A stretch of 64,000 nucleotides of DNA, taken from contig CAWIWT010000043.1 of NCBI GenBank assembly GCA_963839725.1, forward strand, positions 1,798-65,797. Reading direction: 5' to 3'. Position 1 is the first letter of the stretch. The number at the start of each line of letters is the position of its first letter. Shown here piece after piece: positions 52,352 to 63,602 of the stretch. Source of the DNA: an uncultured Alphaproteobacteria bacterium (GTDB lineage: Bacteria > Pseudomonadota > Alphaproteobacteria > Rhizobiales > Rhizobiaceae). Both the position numbers and the translations under genes were made by a program. Under the pieces are notes generated by a model. It had not been told where the DNA came from, did not search any database, and worked only from the letters and a program-made list of their open reading frames with translations.

Positions 52352-53066
52352 GGCAGATGTTGCGGTTCAAGTCGCACAGTGCAGTCTCGCCCCAGCGCGA
52401 CCGCCCGCCTACTCCATTCTGCCGGCACGGGCTGGAAGGCGATGTGCCTGACCACTCGACCTTCTCGAAGAATCGGCATGGCCGCTTCCGCGATGGCGAT
52501 CTACTGCGCGAGCTCGCTGCTGTCCGAACGCGCCCGCCCGCAAGATCTTGCACTCCGTCCACGAAGGTGCGCGTGACATGGCCCGCGATATCGCCACCAC
52601 CGACGCCTACGTCACTTTCCGACGGGAGCGAAAGAAGGTCGAGATGCTGTTTGCGCATCTCAAGCGCATCCTGAAGCTCGGCCGCCTGCGACTACGAAGA
52701 CCTAACAGCGCCCGAGACGAGTTCCATCTGGCAGCCACAGCTCAAACCTCCGCAAATTCGCAAAAATCATTCCGGTCCCAATAGCGAACCCGGCATGAGA
52801 AGGGCCGCGCATCGACGCGCCCAAAATCGCCGACCCAATCCCGCAACCACGCGCGCCGGCTATTTCGGCTGTGTGGGACTTGGCAACTGCCTCTCGCGCG
52901 TCCTGAGTCATCTCTGTGGCGCTGAGGGCCATTCTAGGCGTGGACAGCAGCGCGAAGCTTGTTCGAACTGAACTCTATCGAAGGCTGAGCCAATTGTGTT
53001 TGCCGACCGGACCGAAAAAGTGTTCAAGTTGGTTGGCGGGGGCGATTAAATCGTCGTGGAGAAAAA

Positions 53067-53384
53067 ATGCCTTCAGTCGCCGTACTTGAGCGCAATGATT
53101 CGCCTATCGATCGTTCGCTATTTGAGCGCGTTCGCGAGAGTGGACAGGCCGCGGCCACAATAGCGGAGAGGCTTCCGGCAATCCTAGCAGACCCAGCTTT
53201 GTCGATTGACGCGCTTTACAAGCTCATCGTCGGCATTGACACGCGCCGCACCGAAAGCGAACGGATCGTGCAGGAAGCAGAAAATGCCGAAAATCCGCGC
53301 CTACTGTCGCTAGCCCAGCAGATCGAAAGGTTGTGGGCTACCCTTGCTTCGAAGGTCACGGCACGAGTTCAACGAAATCATTGA
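53067..53384 (+). CDS. Hypothetical helical protein
   Basis: GGAG RBS, 105-aa ORF. Confidence 0.5.
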   Translation: MPSVAVLERNDSPIDRSLFERVRESGQAAATIAERLPAILADPALSIDALYKLIVGIDTRRTESERIVQEAENAENPRLLSLAQQIERLWATLASKVTARVQRNH

Positions 53385-53850
53385 GCACCCCCGCAGCGCC
53401 AACTCGTCGCCGTCCTCAATAGATATCCTTGCGGGCACGGATCGATGTTGTTGCTCCGACAACGCCGGTCCGATCTCTATGCGACAGTGATCGGGGCCCC
53501 TTCATTGTCACCGTTCACAGCTCGGACGGCAAGACGACCGGCAAGATCCGGCGTTGCGAAGGCGAAGTCGAGCTGTCGGGACGCCTTGGCACGCAGAAGC
53601 CACGGCGATAGGTCGGCACGTTAACGCTGCCTTCAGGCAGTTCTGCCGGCCATCGACAGGGCCGCAGGCACACCAGGCCCGCTTCCTTGAGCATATCCTC
53701 TCCGCCCCCTTGACCGGCAGATCGACCTCCTTCGGAGCTACGGCTCAAAGGGGTAGCGATTGCCCGAGTCCGTGATTTCGCTTAACGTTGACCAAACGAT
53801 AAAGCAGGGCAGGATAACCCTGAACCTGTGGCAACCAGAGGGGGTTAAGA

Positions 53851-54888
53851 ATGCCTAAGAATAAGCTCATTACCGCATTTTCCGATTTGTCGCGCAGGGA
53901 GATGCTGAGGGCCGCCGGCGTGGGTGCAGCGCTCGTTGCTGCATCGGCCCTTCCGACCAGACTTCTCGCTCAGGAGAAGCTGAAGGTGGCCGCCATATAT
54001 ACGGTGCCCGTCGAGCAGCAATGGGTGAGCCGGATCCACAAGGCCGCCAACGCGGCCAAGGAACGCGGCGAGATCGAGTATGTCTATTCCGAAAAGGTAT
54101 CCAATACCGACTATGAGCGCGTGATGCGCGAATATTGCGAAGCGGGTCACAAGCTAATCGTGGGCGAGGTATTCGGCGTGGAGGATGCAGCCCGCACTGT
54201 CGCTAAGGACTACCCGGAGACGGCTTTCCTGATGGGCTCGAGCTTCAAGCCTGATCCGGGCGTGGGCAATTTTTCCGTGTTCGACAACTACATCCAGGAT
54301 GCGTCCTATCTTTCGGGCATCATCGCGGGCGCGATGACCAAGTCGAAGAAAATCGGCATGGTCGGAGGCTATCCTATCCCGGAGGTCAACCGGCTGATGA
54401 ATGCGTTCGTGGCGGGCGTGAAGGAAACTGCGCCCGACACCAAATTCCAGGTTGCCTTCATCGGATCCTGGTTCGACCCGCCGAAGGCCAAGGAGACGGC
54501 GTTCGCCCAGATCGACGGCGGCGCGGACCTGCTTTATGCAGAGCGCTTCGGGGTTTCGGACGCGGCCAAGGAGAAGGGCGTGCTTGCCGTCGGCAACGTC
54601 ATTGACACGCAGGCGGACTATCCCGAAACCGTCGTCGCCTCGGCGCTCTGGCACTTCGAGCCGACGCTCGACAAGGCGATCGCCGAGGTCAAGGCAGGGA
54701 CCTTCAAGGCGGAGGACTATGGCATCTACTCATTTATGAAGGCGGGCGGCTGCTCGCTGGCGGCGCTAGGAACATTCGAGGGCAAAGTGCCGGCCGAGAT
54801 CGTCGCGAAGGTCGCCGAGAAGGAAAAGGCCATCAAGGACGGTTCCTTCACGGTCGAGATCAACGACGCAGAGCCGAAATCGAGTTAA
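53851..54888 (+). CDS. BMP-family ABC substrate-binding protein with Tat signal (nucleoside/purine type)
   Basis: SRREMLR twin-Arg; GMVGGYPIPEV, FIGSWFDP..KE. Confidence 0.88.
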   Translation: MPKNKLITAFSDLSRREMLRAAGVGAALVAASALPTRLLAQEKLKVAAIYTVPVEQQWVSRIHKAANAAKERGEIEYVYSEKVSNTDYERVMREYCEAGHKLIVGEVFGVEDAARTVAKDYPETAFLMGSSFKPDPGVGNFSVFDNYIQDASYLSGIIAGAMTKSKKIGMVGGYPIPEVNRLMNAFVAGVKETAPDTKFQVAFIGSWFDPPKAKETAFAQIDGGADLLYAERFGVSDAAKEKGVLAVGNVIDTQADYPETVVASALWHFEPTLDKAIAEVKAGTFKAEDYGIYSFMKAGGCSLAALGTFEGKVPAEIVAKVAEKEKAIKDGSFTVEINDAEPKSS

Positions 54889-54894
54889 CGCCAA

Positions 54895-54995
54895 TTCCCT
54901 CTCCCGTTTGCGGGCATCGCGTTGGATTATTCCCCTCACGGCCTCGCTGCGCTCGGCACCTCTCCCCTATTTGGCTGGGAAGAGGAAAGGGGCGC
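54895..54995. repeat. REP/RIME-like intergenic palindromic element
   Basis: CCCTCTCCCG..GCGGG and CCTCTCCCC...GGGAAGAGG imperfect stems; a similar tract lies at 56625-56800. Confidence 0.4.
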
Positions 54996-55049
54996 GAGGG
55001 CCGCTGCCAAAGGGAAATCGCCGGGATCCGACATGGTGCATAGTCCAAG

Positions 55050-56606
55050 ATGACCTCATTTGAACAACAGGAAGCCGCTCCCGTTCTTCGCCTCACCGGC
55101 ATCACTAAGCGTTTTGGCGCATTGGTCGCCAATGATGCGATCTCGTTCACGTTGAACCGGGGTGAAGTTGTCGCACTCCTTGGCGAAAACGGCGCAGGCA
55201 AGACGACACTGATGAACATCCTCTTCGGCCACTATGTAGCCGACGAGGGGATTGTCGAGGCGTTCGGCCAGCCGTTGACGCCGGGCGATCCGAAGGCAGC
55301 CCTCGACGCCAGCATCGGCATGGTGCATCAGCACTTCACCCTTGCCGACGGCTTGACCGTCCTGGAGAACATTACCCTCGGCACAGAGAGCCTGTGGCGC
55401 CTGAAGCTCAATTATGCAATGGCCCGCCAACGTATCAGCAAACTGTCGGAAGACTTCGGCCTTGCCGTCCACCCGGACGCGCTGGTTGGCTCGCTCTCCG
55501 TCGGTGAGCGCCAGCGCGTCGAAATCCTGAAAGCACTCTACCGCGATGCGCGCATCCTCATCCTCGACGAGCCGACCGCAGTGCTTACGCCGACGGAGAC
55601 GCAAGCGCTGTTTCGCACGCTTAGGATGCTGGTCAGCAACGGGCTTTCCATCATTTTCATTTCGCACAAGCTCAACGAAGTGCTGGCCGTCAGTGACCGG
55701 GTTCTGGTCCTGCGAGCTGGCAAGCTCGTGGGGGAGCGCGTGACTGCAGGGGCGACCCTGCGGGAATTGGCAGCGTTGATGGTGGGGCAGAACGTTCTCC
55801 AAGTCACCATGGGGATTGCCTCGCCGGGCCGGATCATTTTCGAACTTAATAATATGTCCACAGACGGCGGCGGTCTCCACCATGTCTCCCTTGAGATGCG
55901 CGTGGGCGAGATCACGGGGGTAGCCGGAGTGTCCGGTAATGGCCAGGCAGCGCTGGCAGGTCTACTGGCCGGCACGCTCCTGCCGGCGTCGGGCGAGATG
56001 CTGGTGGATGGCGAGCCTGTCCGTGACTGGTCGCCTCGGCAGGCGCTTGCGCGGCGTATCGCGCGTATCCCCGAAGACCGGCACGCCGTCGGCACGATCG
56101 GCGACATGAGCATAACGGAAAACGTGATCCTCGAACGGTATCGCGCCAAGCCATTCAGCCGGGCGGGCTTCCTAAATTGGAGCGCAGCCCGCCGCTTCGC
56201 CGGGGAACTGGTGGAGGAGTACGACGTGAAGTGCCCGTCTCCCGACGCCCGCATCCGCCTCCTTTCGGGCGGCAACATGCAGAAGCTCATCCTGGCGCGC
56301 GCCCTCGATCCGGAGCCGGTCATCGTGCTCGCCAACCAGCCTACCCGCGGACTTGACGTTGGCGCGGTGGCGTTCGTGCATCAGCGCCTTTTCGAGGTGC
56401 GCAGCAGCGGCGCGGCCATCCTTCTTATTTCCGAAGACCTCGACGAAATCTTCGCGCTTTCCGACCGGCTGTACGTGATGTCGAAGGGACGCTTGTCGAC
56501 GCCGTCCGCGCGCGGCGAGCGAACGGTCCACGAGGTCGGCGAGTTGATGGCGGGGCATGGGATGGATGCGGCGTCTCCCGGCTCGCAGGAATTCGTTCCG
56601 GCATGA
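55050..56606 (+). CDS. ABC ATP-binding protein with two nucleotide-binding domains
   Basis: GENGAGKT, LSVGERQ, ILDEPT; LSGGNMQK. Confidence 0.92.
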   Translation: MTSFEQQEAAPVLRLTGITKRFGALVANDAISFTLNRGEVVALLGENGAGKTTLMNILFGHYVADEGIVEAFGQPLTPGDPKAALDASIGMVHQHFTLADGLTVLENITLGTESLWRLKLNYAMARQRISKLSEDFGLAVHPDALVGSLSVGERQRVEILKALYRDARILILDEPTAVLTPTETQALFRTLRMLVSNGLSIIFISHKLNEVLAVSDRVLVLRAGKLVGERVTAGATLRELAALMVGQNVLQVTMGIASPGRIIFELNNMSTDGGGLHHVSLEMRVGEITGVAGVSGNGQAALAGLLAGTLLPASGEMLVDGEPVRDWSPRQALARRIARIPEDRHAVGTIGDMSITENVILERYRAKPFSRAGFLNWSAARRFAGELVEEYDVKCPSPDARIRLLSGGNMQKLILARALDPEPVIVLANQPTRGLDVGAVAFVHQRLFEVRSSGAAILLISEDLDEIFALSDRLYVMSKGRLSTPSARGERTVHEVGELMAGHGMDAASPGSQEFVPA

Positions 56607-56810
56607 TCGGGTTCGGACCCTGCGCCGACCCATCCCCTCTCCTTGGTGGGGAGGATCGACGAGCGAGCTTTGCGCGGCAAAAATCGAGAGGCGGGGTGGC
56701 GGCTGTTCAGGACAGAGTGTTGCGTTTTCCACCCTGCCCTTTGCGCCAACCTGCCCAAAAGGGGGAGGGAGGAGCGGGGCGCAACAAGAGGGAAGGCGGG
56801 GCGTTGCGAC

Positions 56811-57860
56811 ATGCGGCTTGAGCCGAAGCCCACACTGTCCCTTGCGGCGACAGTCTTATATCCCCTGGCAGCCATCGCAGCGACGCTTGGCTTCGCGTCG
56901 CTCCTGGTGCTCGCCGCGGGTGCATCGCCTTTGTCGGTGTTCTATCTGGTGGCCAGGGGAGCGGCCGGTTCACAATTCGCACTTCTCGAAACGCTAACGC
57001 GCGCGACGCCGCTGATATTCACCGGCCTTGCCGTGGGGGTGGCGTTCCGCGCGAAGCTCTGGAATATCGGCGCCGAAGCCCAGCTCTATATCGGAGCGGT
57101 GGTGACCGTGGTGCTCGGCACCGGCCTCCTGCCGCTTCACGCCGGGTTGCTCATCCCGATCATCATGGTGGCCGCGATGGCGGCTGGGGCGTTGCTGCTT
57201 CTTGGGCCAGCGATCCTGAAGACGCGTTTCGGCGTCGACGAGGTGGTTACGACGCTGCTTCTAAATTTCATCGTGCTGCTGTTCGTCTCAATGCTTCTCG
57301 AGGGCCCGCTGAAGGATCCGATGGGGCTCGGTTGGCCGCAATCGCCGAAGGTGGTGGCCGACGCGCAGCTTCCCCGCCTGATCCAGGCCAAGCGACTGCA
57401 TTTCGGCTTCGTCATGGCTTTGGCCGCCGCACTCCTGACCTGGGTGATCATCAAGAAGACCGCGCTCGGCTATGAAATGCGCGCAGTCGGGCACAATCCG
57501 GAGGCGGCGCGGTTTGCCGGCATTCCGGTCAATCGAGTCATCGTGAAGACCGCACTTCTGTCCGGCGGGTTGGCCGCGCTTGCAGGGTTTTCGGAAGTGT
57601 CCGGCCTAAAGGGCAACCTCACACTCGATCTGTCGCCGGGCTTCGGCTACTCCGGCATTGTCGTCGCGATGCTGGCAATGCTCAATCCGCTTGGCGTCAT
57701 CCCGTCCGCGATATTCGTAGCCGGCATCTTCGTAGGGGCGGACGCGATGAGCCGTTCGGCAGGCGTACCGAGCTACATTGCGGATGTGGTGGTGGCGACG
57801 GCGCTGCTCACCATGGTCGTGGCGATACTGCTGACGCGGTTCCAGGTAAGGTGGAAGTGA
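56811..57860 (+). CDS. ABC permease 1
   Basis: WNIGAEAQ, GYEMRAVGHNPEAARFAGI. Confidence 0.88.
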   Translation: MRLEPKPTLSLAATVLYPLAAIAATLGFASLLVLAAGASPLSVFYLVARGAAGSQFALLETLTRATPLIFTGLAVGVAFRAKLWNIGAEAQLYIGAVVTVVLGTGLLPLHAGLLIPIIMVAAMAAGALLLLGPAILKTRFGVDEVVTTLLLNFIVLLFVSMLLEGPLKDPMGLGWPQSPKVVADAQLPRLIQAKRLHFGFVMALAAALLTWVIIKKTALGYEMRAVGHNPEAARFAGIPVNRVIVKTALLSGGLAALAGFSEVSGLKGNLTLDLSPGFGYSGIVVAMLAMLNPLGVIPSAIFVAGIFVGADAMSRSAGVPSYIADVVVATALLTMVVAILLTRFQVRWK

Positions 57861-58804
57861 TGGATCACGCCGTCGAGATCCTTTTCACCGCCTCGTTCTG
57901 GGTCGCCGCAATCCGCATCGCGTCGCCGCTGATCTTTGCGACGCTGGGCGAATTGATCTGCGAACGCGCGGGGGTGCTGAACCTCGGCATCGAAGGCATC
58001 ATGACCGTGGGCGCGTTCGCCGGTTGGTTCACCGTCTATACCGGCGGCGATCTGTGGACCGGTGTTCTGGTCGCCGCACTCGCTGGCGCGCTGTTCGGCC
58101 TGCTGCACGCCGCACTCACGGTCCCGCTCGGCCTTTCGCAACATGTAGTCGGCATCGGAGTAACGCTGCTCGCGACGAGCCTGACCTATTATACCTACCG
58201 GCTGGCGCTGCCGGAAGTCACGTCGCCGCCGAAGATCGAGCCGTTTCAGCCCCTGCCCATCCCTGGCATTTCCGATATTCCAGTCCTTGGACCGGCATTG
58301 TTCAGCCAGACGCCGCTCACCTATATGGCCTTCACTTTGGTCGCGGTGGTCGCCTGGGCGCTGTACCGTACGCCACTCGGCCTCGCAGTGAGGGCGGTCG
58401 GCGAGAGCCCAGCCGCCGTTGAGGCGCAAGGCATTAGTGTCACCGCGATCCGCTTGGGCGCGGTCATGGTCGGCAGCGCGCTGATGGCCGTTGGCGGGGC
58501 GTTCCTCACACTCTCCGCCTTCAACTCCTTCTTCTTCGGAATGATCAACGGTCGTGGCTGGATCTGCATCGCGCTAGTGGTTTTCGGCTCGTGGCGACCA
58601 GGCAAGGCGCTGTTGGGGGCGATCCTTTTTGCGGCATTCGACGCTTATCAGATCCGCCTGCAGCAGCTTTCGGGCGGTGTCGTTCCCTATCAGGTCTTCC
58701 TGATGATGCCCTATGCGCTGTCCATTCTCGCGCTGATCCTGGTCGCGCGCCGCGCCACCTATCCAAGAGCGCTGATGATACCCTATCAGAAAGGCGAACG
58801 ATGA
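57851..58804 (+). CDS. ABC permease 2
   Basis: ERAGVLNLGIEG, GRGWICIALV. Confidence 0.9.
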   Translation: MEVMDHAVEILFTASFWVAAIRIASPLIFATLGELICERAGVLNLGIEGIMTVGAFAGWFTVYTGGDLWTGVLVAALAGALFGLLHAALTVPLGLSQHVVGIGVTLLATSLTYYTYRLALPEVTSPPKIEPFQPLPIPGISDIPVLGPALFSQTPLTYMAFTLVAVVAWALYRTPLGLAVRAVGESPAAVEAQGISVTAIRLGAVMVGSALMAVGGAFLTLSAFNSFFFGMINGRGWICIALVVFGSWRPGKALLGAILFAAFDAYQIRLQQLSGGVVPYQVFLMMPYALSILALILVARRATYPRALMIPYQKGER

Positions 58805-59443
58805 GTTTGACTCCCGCTGCATCGGGCGCGGCTGCCAGCGCGCGTGCCGGCAGGTGCGACTACCCGGACACGCGGATGAACTCAAGCTTCTCGGAGGCAG
58901 GGTGTCAGCTTCGTCGAGGACCCGAAAATTGCCCGGCCCGCCTTTTAGGACATCGTTCCAACCTTGCGCGAAGTTAGGCGGTATCTCGACAAACGCTGCG
59001 ATATAGGCTTTCAATCGCTGAGCCAGTGTGAAGGCTGCCGCCTGTCCGTGGAGCTCGCGTGGTTGTCGCCAAGGCGAGCCGCGACGTGCATTCCGGCAAT
59101 TTCGGCGGCGTTGTGCCGAATACCGGGGGTTCGGTCGCAAGTTCTCGGCGACGGCGTCAGGGAATCAGGCCGATCAGTCGCCAAGATCTTGGTCGCCTGC
59201 GCGCCCCGCTTGCGGACGGACCATGTCAGCGTCGAAGTGATGGCAGAATGGAATGGACCGGACCAGGCCACTGGGTGATGGAAGAGAATGCGGATGCCAC
59301 CATTGGACCTCGTCCTCGACTTCCCCTCGAAGTGAAAGAACAAAGCATTATCGCGAACGGCGCGGTTCTCTCCTGTTCTGTCCGCGACGGCGGGCTCGTC
59401 TCGCCGTCGCGTCACCTGGCGACTTAGACGCTCGTCCGCAGCC

Positions 59444-59686
59444 TCAGGCTACCTTCGCTTCCGCCCGTTTGGCCTTGGTTGCCTCGCCCCACCAAATCAG
59501 TTGGTCAAGCATGTCCTTGGCCGAAGGCAGAATCGCCTCCTCAATGGCCGAAATCGGCTGGTTACCCATGGCGGGATGAACCTTGTAGAACTCCGAACCG
59601 CCGATGTGAACTGCCGAACGCACGTTGACCATATGCAGTTCGGTGGCGGTAGTGCGCGCATGCTCGATTGAGCGGGCAGCGCCGAC
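59444..59686 (-). pseudogene. C-terminal fragment of an NADPH-dependent FMN reductase
   Basis: VGAARSIEH, LDQLIWWGEATK. Confidence 0.6.
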
Positions 59687-60050
59687 CTTGATGCGGTCGT
59701 GAACATTTGGCGGGCCAGTGACGAGACCGAAAGTCAACATATTGCCGCCGACATGACGCTGTTTTTCGGGATTGCGGCTGGTTAGCGTGAACGATGACGG
59801 TGCTGTTTTCAGCGCCTCCATGACCAAAGTTTCGTCGATGCGGATCGTTTGACTTTCGCGGTCGACTTTGCCCCTGCTTTCTCGAACAGCGAGATCACAC
59901 GCTTGCTCATCACCCGGATGCCGAGTTCGGAAAGAATTCGCATGGAGGAGCGATGCAGAGCCTCCATACGCTCCTCATCTAGCAGCTGCATTGGTGCTTG
60001 TTTACATTCTGCCAGGGGAGTTGGTTGATCCCGCCAACTTTCCGCGCAGC
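59687..60050 (-). pseudogene. N-terminal fragment of an MttB-family (trimethylamine/betaine) methyltransferase
   Basis: LHRSSMRILSELGI, ALKTAPSSFTLTSRNP, GPPNVHD; frameshifted. Confidence 0.65.
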
Positions 60051-61225
60051 CATCTTTGAACGACGGCCACTACAGCGCCTGTCTGCCGTCATCTTAAATG
60101 CCTCTTGTGCCAAGGCTGACGCATTTGCAAAGTAAATCCTGTATTCATGTCACGCTCGCGGCTCTGCCGACGGGTCATAGAGCAGGAACTGCCAGATCGG
60201 AGTACCGGCTGGCCTCGGCTATAAGTCCCAGAATGTGGTCGCAAATTGCGGCAGCACGCGGCTCACCGAGCACTGGCGGCGCGAAATCCATATATTCGTT
60301 GACAGTATAGTCCGCAGAACACGGCTCAAGGTGCCAGCTCAATCGCCCGAGATAAACCCATCATGTTTATAAGATTGTTCCAAGCTCTGAAGATTAATTC
60401 CCGACATGACTGCAGTTCTCCACCGTCTCTAGCCTTTGTGACCGGATGCCATGGCACCCTTCCCTGACGATTTACGTATAGGGTATTCTCACAGAGTGCC
60501 ATGTTCGTGTATCCCGAAAAATCTATGCGGAATTCCGCAGCCGGCCCGAAAACCGATTGCGCCTCAGCGTAAAAGCGCGCCGAACTTGGACCCCTCTGTC
60601 GAGCAGGCTCTATCGTGTCGATTGGCGTCACAAATTGGCATTGGCCAAAGAGACGCGAATTGGACCGCTCATGCCTCTCGTCGACTCCGGAAAATGCAGC
60701 GGAAACAGAGGCCTGAACGTTCCGTGGCCTGGGTCACGGTTCGGTGCGTTTTTGCATTGGGGAGGTTTCAGGGATGGTGAGGGCGATACTGGCATGGGTG
60801 GAGAGGCGGCGTGCGGTCCGTCGCCGATGGCGGGAAGACGCCCAGCACCTCGTCCGGCGGTACGGCCCGAGGACTGCCTACGATGAGGCCCAACGGCTTG
60901 CCGCAAGATCCCGCGCGATCAAAGACGGCCAGTTGCTGTTGCTGTACCGGCCTGCGCCTCCGGGCTGGGTCTCATAAACTTCCCGTCAGGTTCCGACGGG
61001 ATCGTCAGGAAGGTTCCTCTCATCGAAAACGACTGCAGCGGCCGAAGGAGATCAGGCAAGACGACTGCCCCAGATTAGACTTTTCCCCAGAATGGCCGAA
61101 TGCCCGCGGCACTCCTGAACCTAGGCGGCCCCCCTGCAACTCGTAAAAGAGCTCGGTCGTCACGGCTTTCACAAAATTGTAGTCTTGCAGGCGGCTCCTG
61201 ACTTGGTAGGCATCCTATTGAAGCC

Positions 61226-62209
61226 ATGAACACTCGACAGCGCGCCGTCGCTAAGCACATGGCAAACGAAGCTCCCGTTAGGTTTGCATTGCTGGTTTTC
61301 GCCGGATTTCCCATGATGGCGTTCAGTTCGGTCATCGAACCGCTCCGCGCGGCGAACGTGCTGGCAAAAAAACGATGCTATAGCTGGGTAATTGTTGGCG
61401 CCACCGACGGACAGGTTGAAGCCTCGAACGGCGTTGTCATCCAGCCCGGCTTTTTCGTTGAAGATGCGCCGAAGGTTGATCGCATTGTTGTTTGCTCAGG
61501 AGGTGATGCCGACCATGTCGTCGCCGACAATGCCGTTAGTTGGATCCGCAAGAGCCTTCGCAGCGGTGCCCACATCGGCGCGGTCGCCGACGCCGCGTTC
61601 TTTCTCGCCAGGGCTGGTCTTCTCGACGGGCATGCCTGCACCTTGCACTGGACCAGTCAGGCGGCATTCATCGAGGCGTTTCCGGAGATCGAACTGCGGC
61701 GTGACCTCTATGTCATCGACCGGAGACGTTTCACCTCGGCAGGCGGCGTCGGCAGTTTGGACATGATGCTGGAGATCATCACCAAGGACTACGGCGCGGA
61801 GCTTGCAGCCGGCGTCGCGGAATGGTTCGTCCATAGCCCGCTGCGATCGAGCGTCGATCGCAAACTGATGCCGTTGAGACTGCGCACTGGCGTCCAGGAC
61901 GAACTCGTACTGTCGGCAATGGCGATCATGGAGGATGCCGTGGAAGAGCGGCTGAGTATGTCGGAACTGGCGATGAGGCTGGGCGTGTCTTCTGACAAGC
62001 TTGAACGAGGCTTTCGCTCTGAACTCCATGTTTCGCCGAACGGATACTACCGCCGCCTGCGGCTGAAGCGTGCCGCCGACCTCCTTGCTCATTCCACGCT
62101 CGCGGTGCGCGATGTGGCGCTGGCCTGCGGCTTTGCCAGCATGTCGAGCTTTGCCCGGGCTTTCAGGGAAGAGCATGGCCACCCGCCGAAGCTGGCCCGC
62201 AGACATTAA
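61226..62209 (+). CDS. GlxA-family AraC regulator
   Basis: FSSVIEPLRAAN, LARAGLLDG..TLHW, ACGFASMSSFARAF. Confidence 0.9.
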   Translation: MNTRQRAVAKHMANEAPVRFALLVFAGFPMMAFSSVIEPLRAANVLAKKRCYSWVIVGATDGQVEASNGVVIQPGFFVEDAPKVDRIVVCSGGDADHVVADNAVSWIRKSLRSGAHIGAVADAAFFLARAGLLDGHACTLHWTSQAAFIEAFPEIELRRDLYVIDRRRFTSAGGVGSLDMMLEIITKDYGAELAAGVAEWFVHSPLRSSVDRKLMPLRLRTGVQDELVLSAMAIMEDAVEERLSMSELAMRLGVSSDKLERGFRSELHVSPNGYYRRLRLKRAADLLAHSTLAVRDVALACGFASMSSFARAFREEHGHPPKLARRH

Positions 62210-62297
62210 ATGGTTGCGGTACCTCGCACGACATGTGCGGTATTCCGCACAATCTTTTTGCCCCCGCTACTTCATGTTCGAGGCCTAGGAGGCGCCG

Positions 62298-63602
62298 ATG
62301 AGCATTGTTGTTTTCGATCCCGATAGCACCGAGGACGTGGATTTTGCGGATCGCATGCGCCACCCGGCCGCGGCGGACCCGGCCGGTGGCATGTGGCTTT
62401 CCGATACAGAGCCTTCGTTCGTTGACGTGGATGCCTTGAGGAGGGGTCGTCTGAAGAGACTGCGCGCCTGGATGTGCGAGGCCGGCTACGGCGCCGTCGT
62501 TCTTTTCGACCCATACAATCAGCGCTATGCGACTGGCTCGCGCAACATGCACGGCTATTTCCTGCGCAACTCGACCCGGTACTTTTTCATCCCGACGGAG
62601 GGGCCGATTGTCCTGTTCGAGTACCCGCAGAGCTACCATGTCTCGATGGTGCTCGACACCATCGACGAGGCGCGCCCGTCGAAGCTCGTCTGGTCGTCGG
62701 TGTCTGGCCGCGACGACGAGACGGCAGGCCCCTTTGCCGAGGAGATCACTGATCTCCTGAAGGCTCATGGCGGCGGCTCGATGAAAATCGGGCTCGATCG
62801 CTGCAGCCACCTGCAGGCGCTCGCGCTGGAAGAGCGTGGTTGTTTGGTCAAGGACTGCCAGGGCGAGATTCTCGCCGTGCGTGCGGTCAAAACTCCCGAG
62901 GAGGTCAAATGCCTGCAGGTCTCGATGGCCGGCGCCGAAGCCGCTGTTGCAGCGGTACGACAGGCGATTAGGCCCGGTGTTTCGGAAAACGACCTCTTCG
63001 CGATCATGTATCACGAGGTGATCCGCCAAGGCGGCGAGTTCATCGAAACGCGCCTGTTGACGTCCGGCCAGCGCACGAACCCATGGTTCAATGAGGCAAG
63101 CGGCCGCAAGCTCAGACCCGGCGAACTCGTCGCGCTCGATACCGACACGATCGGCTGTTATGGCTACTATTCTGATTTTTCCCGAACGTTCCGATGCGGT
63201 CCCGGAAGGCCGACAGACTATCAGAAGTCACTCTACCGAATGGCCCACGAGCAGGTTCAGCACAACATGTCAATCGTGAAGCCCGGCATGGCGTTTCGCG
63301 AGATCGCAGAAAAGGCCTGGAAGATTCCGGAGCGGTTCGTCGACCAGCGCTATACGTCGGTGATGCACGGAGTCGGCATGCATGGCGAGACGCCATTCAT
63401 CGCGCACGCCATGGACTACAAAACCTACGGGCGCGATGGCCACATCGTGCCCGGCATGGTGATCAGCGTCGAGAGCTATATCGGCGAGAAAGGCGGACGT
63501 GAGGGTGTCAAACTGGAGGATGAGATCCTGATCACCGAAACCGGCACGGAACTGCTGTCCCGCTTTCCCTATGAAGACGACTTCCTTGACGGACAGATCT
63601 GA
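62298..63602 (+). CDS. M24 (Xaa-Pro peptidase/creatinase-like) metallopeptidase
   Basis: ALDTD, YYSDFSRT, HGVGM, ISVESY, KLED metal ligands. Confidence 0.88.
   Translation: MSIVVFDPDSTEDVDFADRMRHPAAADPAGGMWLSDTEPSFVDVDALRRGRLKRLRAWMCEAGYGAVVLFDPYNQRYATGSRNMHGYFLRNSTRYFFIPTEGPIVLFEYPQSYHVSMVLDTIDEARPSKLVWSSVSGRDDETAGPFAEEITDLLKAHGGGSMKIGLDRCSHLQALALEERGCLVKDCQGEILAVRAVKTPEEVKCLQVSMAGAEAAVAAVRQAIRPGVSENDLFAIMYHEVIRQGGEFIETRLLTSGQRTNPWFNEASGRKLRPGELVALDTDTIGCYGYYSDFSRTFRCGPGRPTDYQKSLYRMAHEQVQHNMSIVKPGMAFREIAEKAWKIPERFVDQRYTSVMHGVGMHGETPFIAHAMDYKTYGRDGHIVPGMVISVESYIGEKGGREGVKLEDEILITETGTELLSRFPYEDDFLDGQI

Larger units (their letters stand above)
51023..52416 (-). mobile_element. IS110-family element, IS1111 type
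   Basis: Subterminal inverted repeat TAGGCGGGC (51024-51032) / GCCCGCCTA (52403-52411); TTCT at both junctions; 65-nt 5' and 273-nt 3' non-coding regions. Confidence 0.92.
50692..52890 (+). mobile_element. IS1182-family remnant (internally deleted, interrupted by the IS110 element)
   Basis: GRPSIDPELMIRML..SERRLC..HLNLAYRWF | CRHGLEGDVPDHSTFSKNR; later KVEMLFAHLKRIL; end-like GTTGAAAAAGTC at 50692. Confidence 0.8.

Noticed and set aside
58805-59440. ORF-like stretches after the ABC operon
   Set aside because: No recognisable domain or consistent frame; probably degraded sequence.
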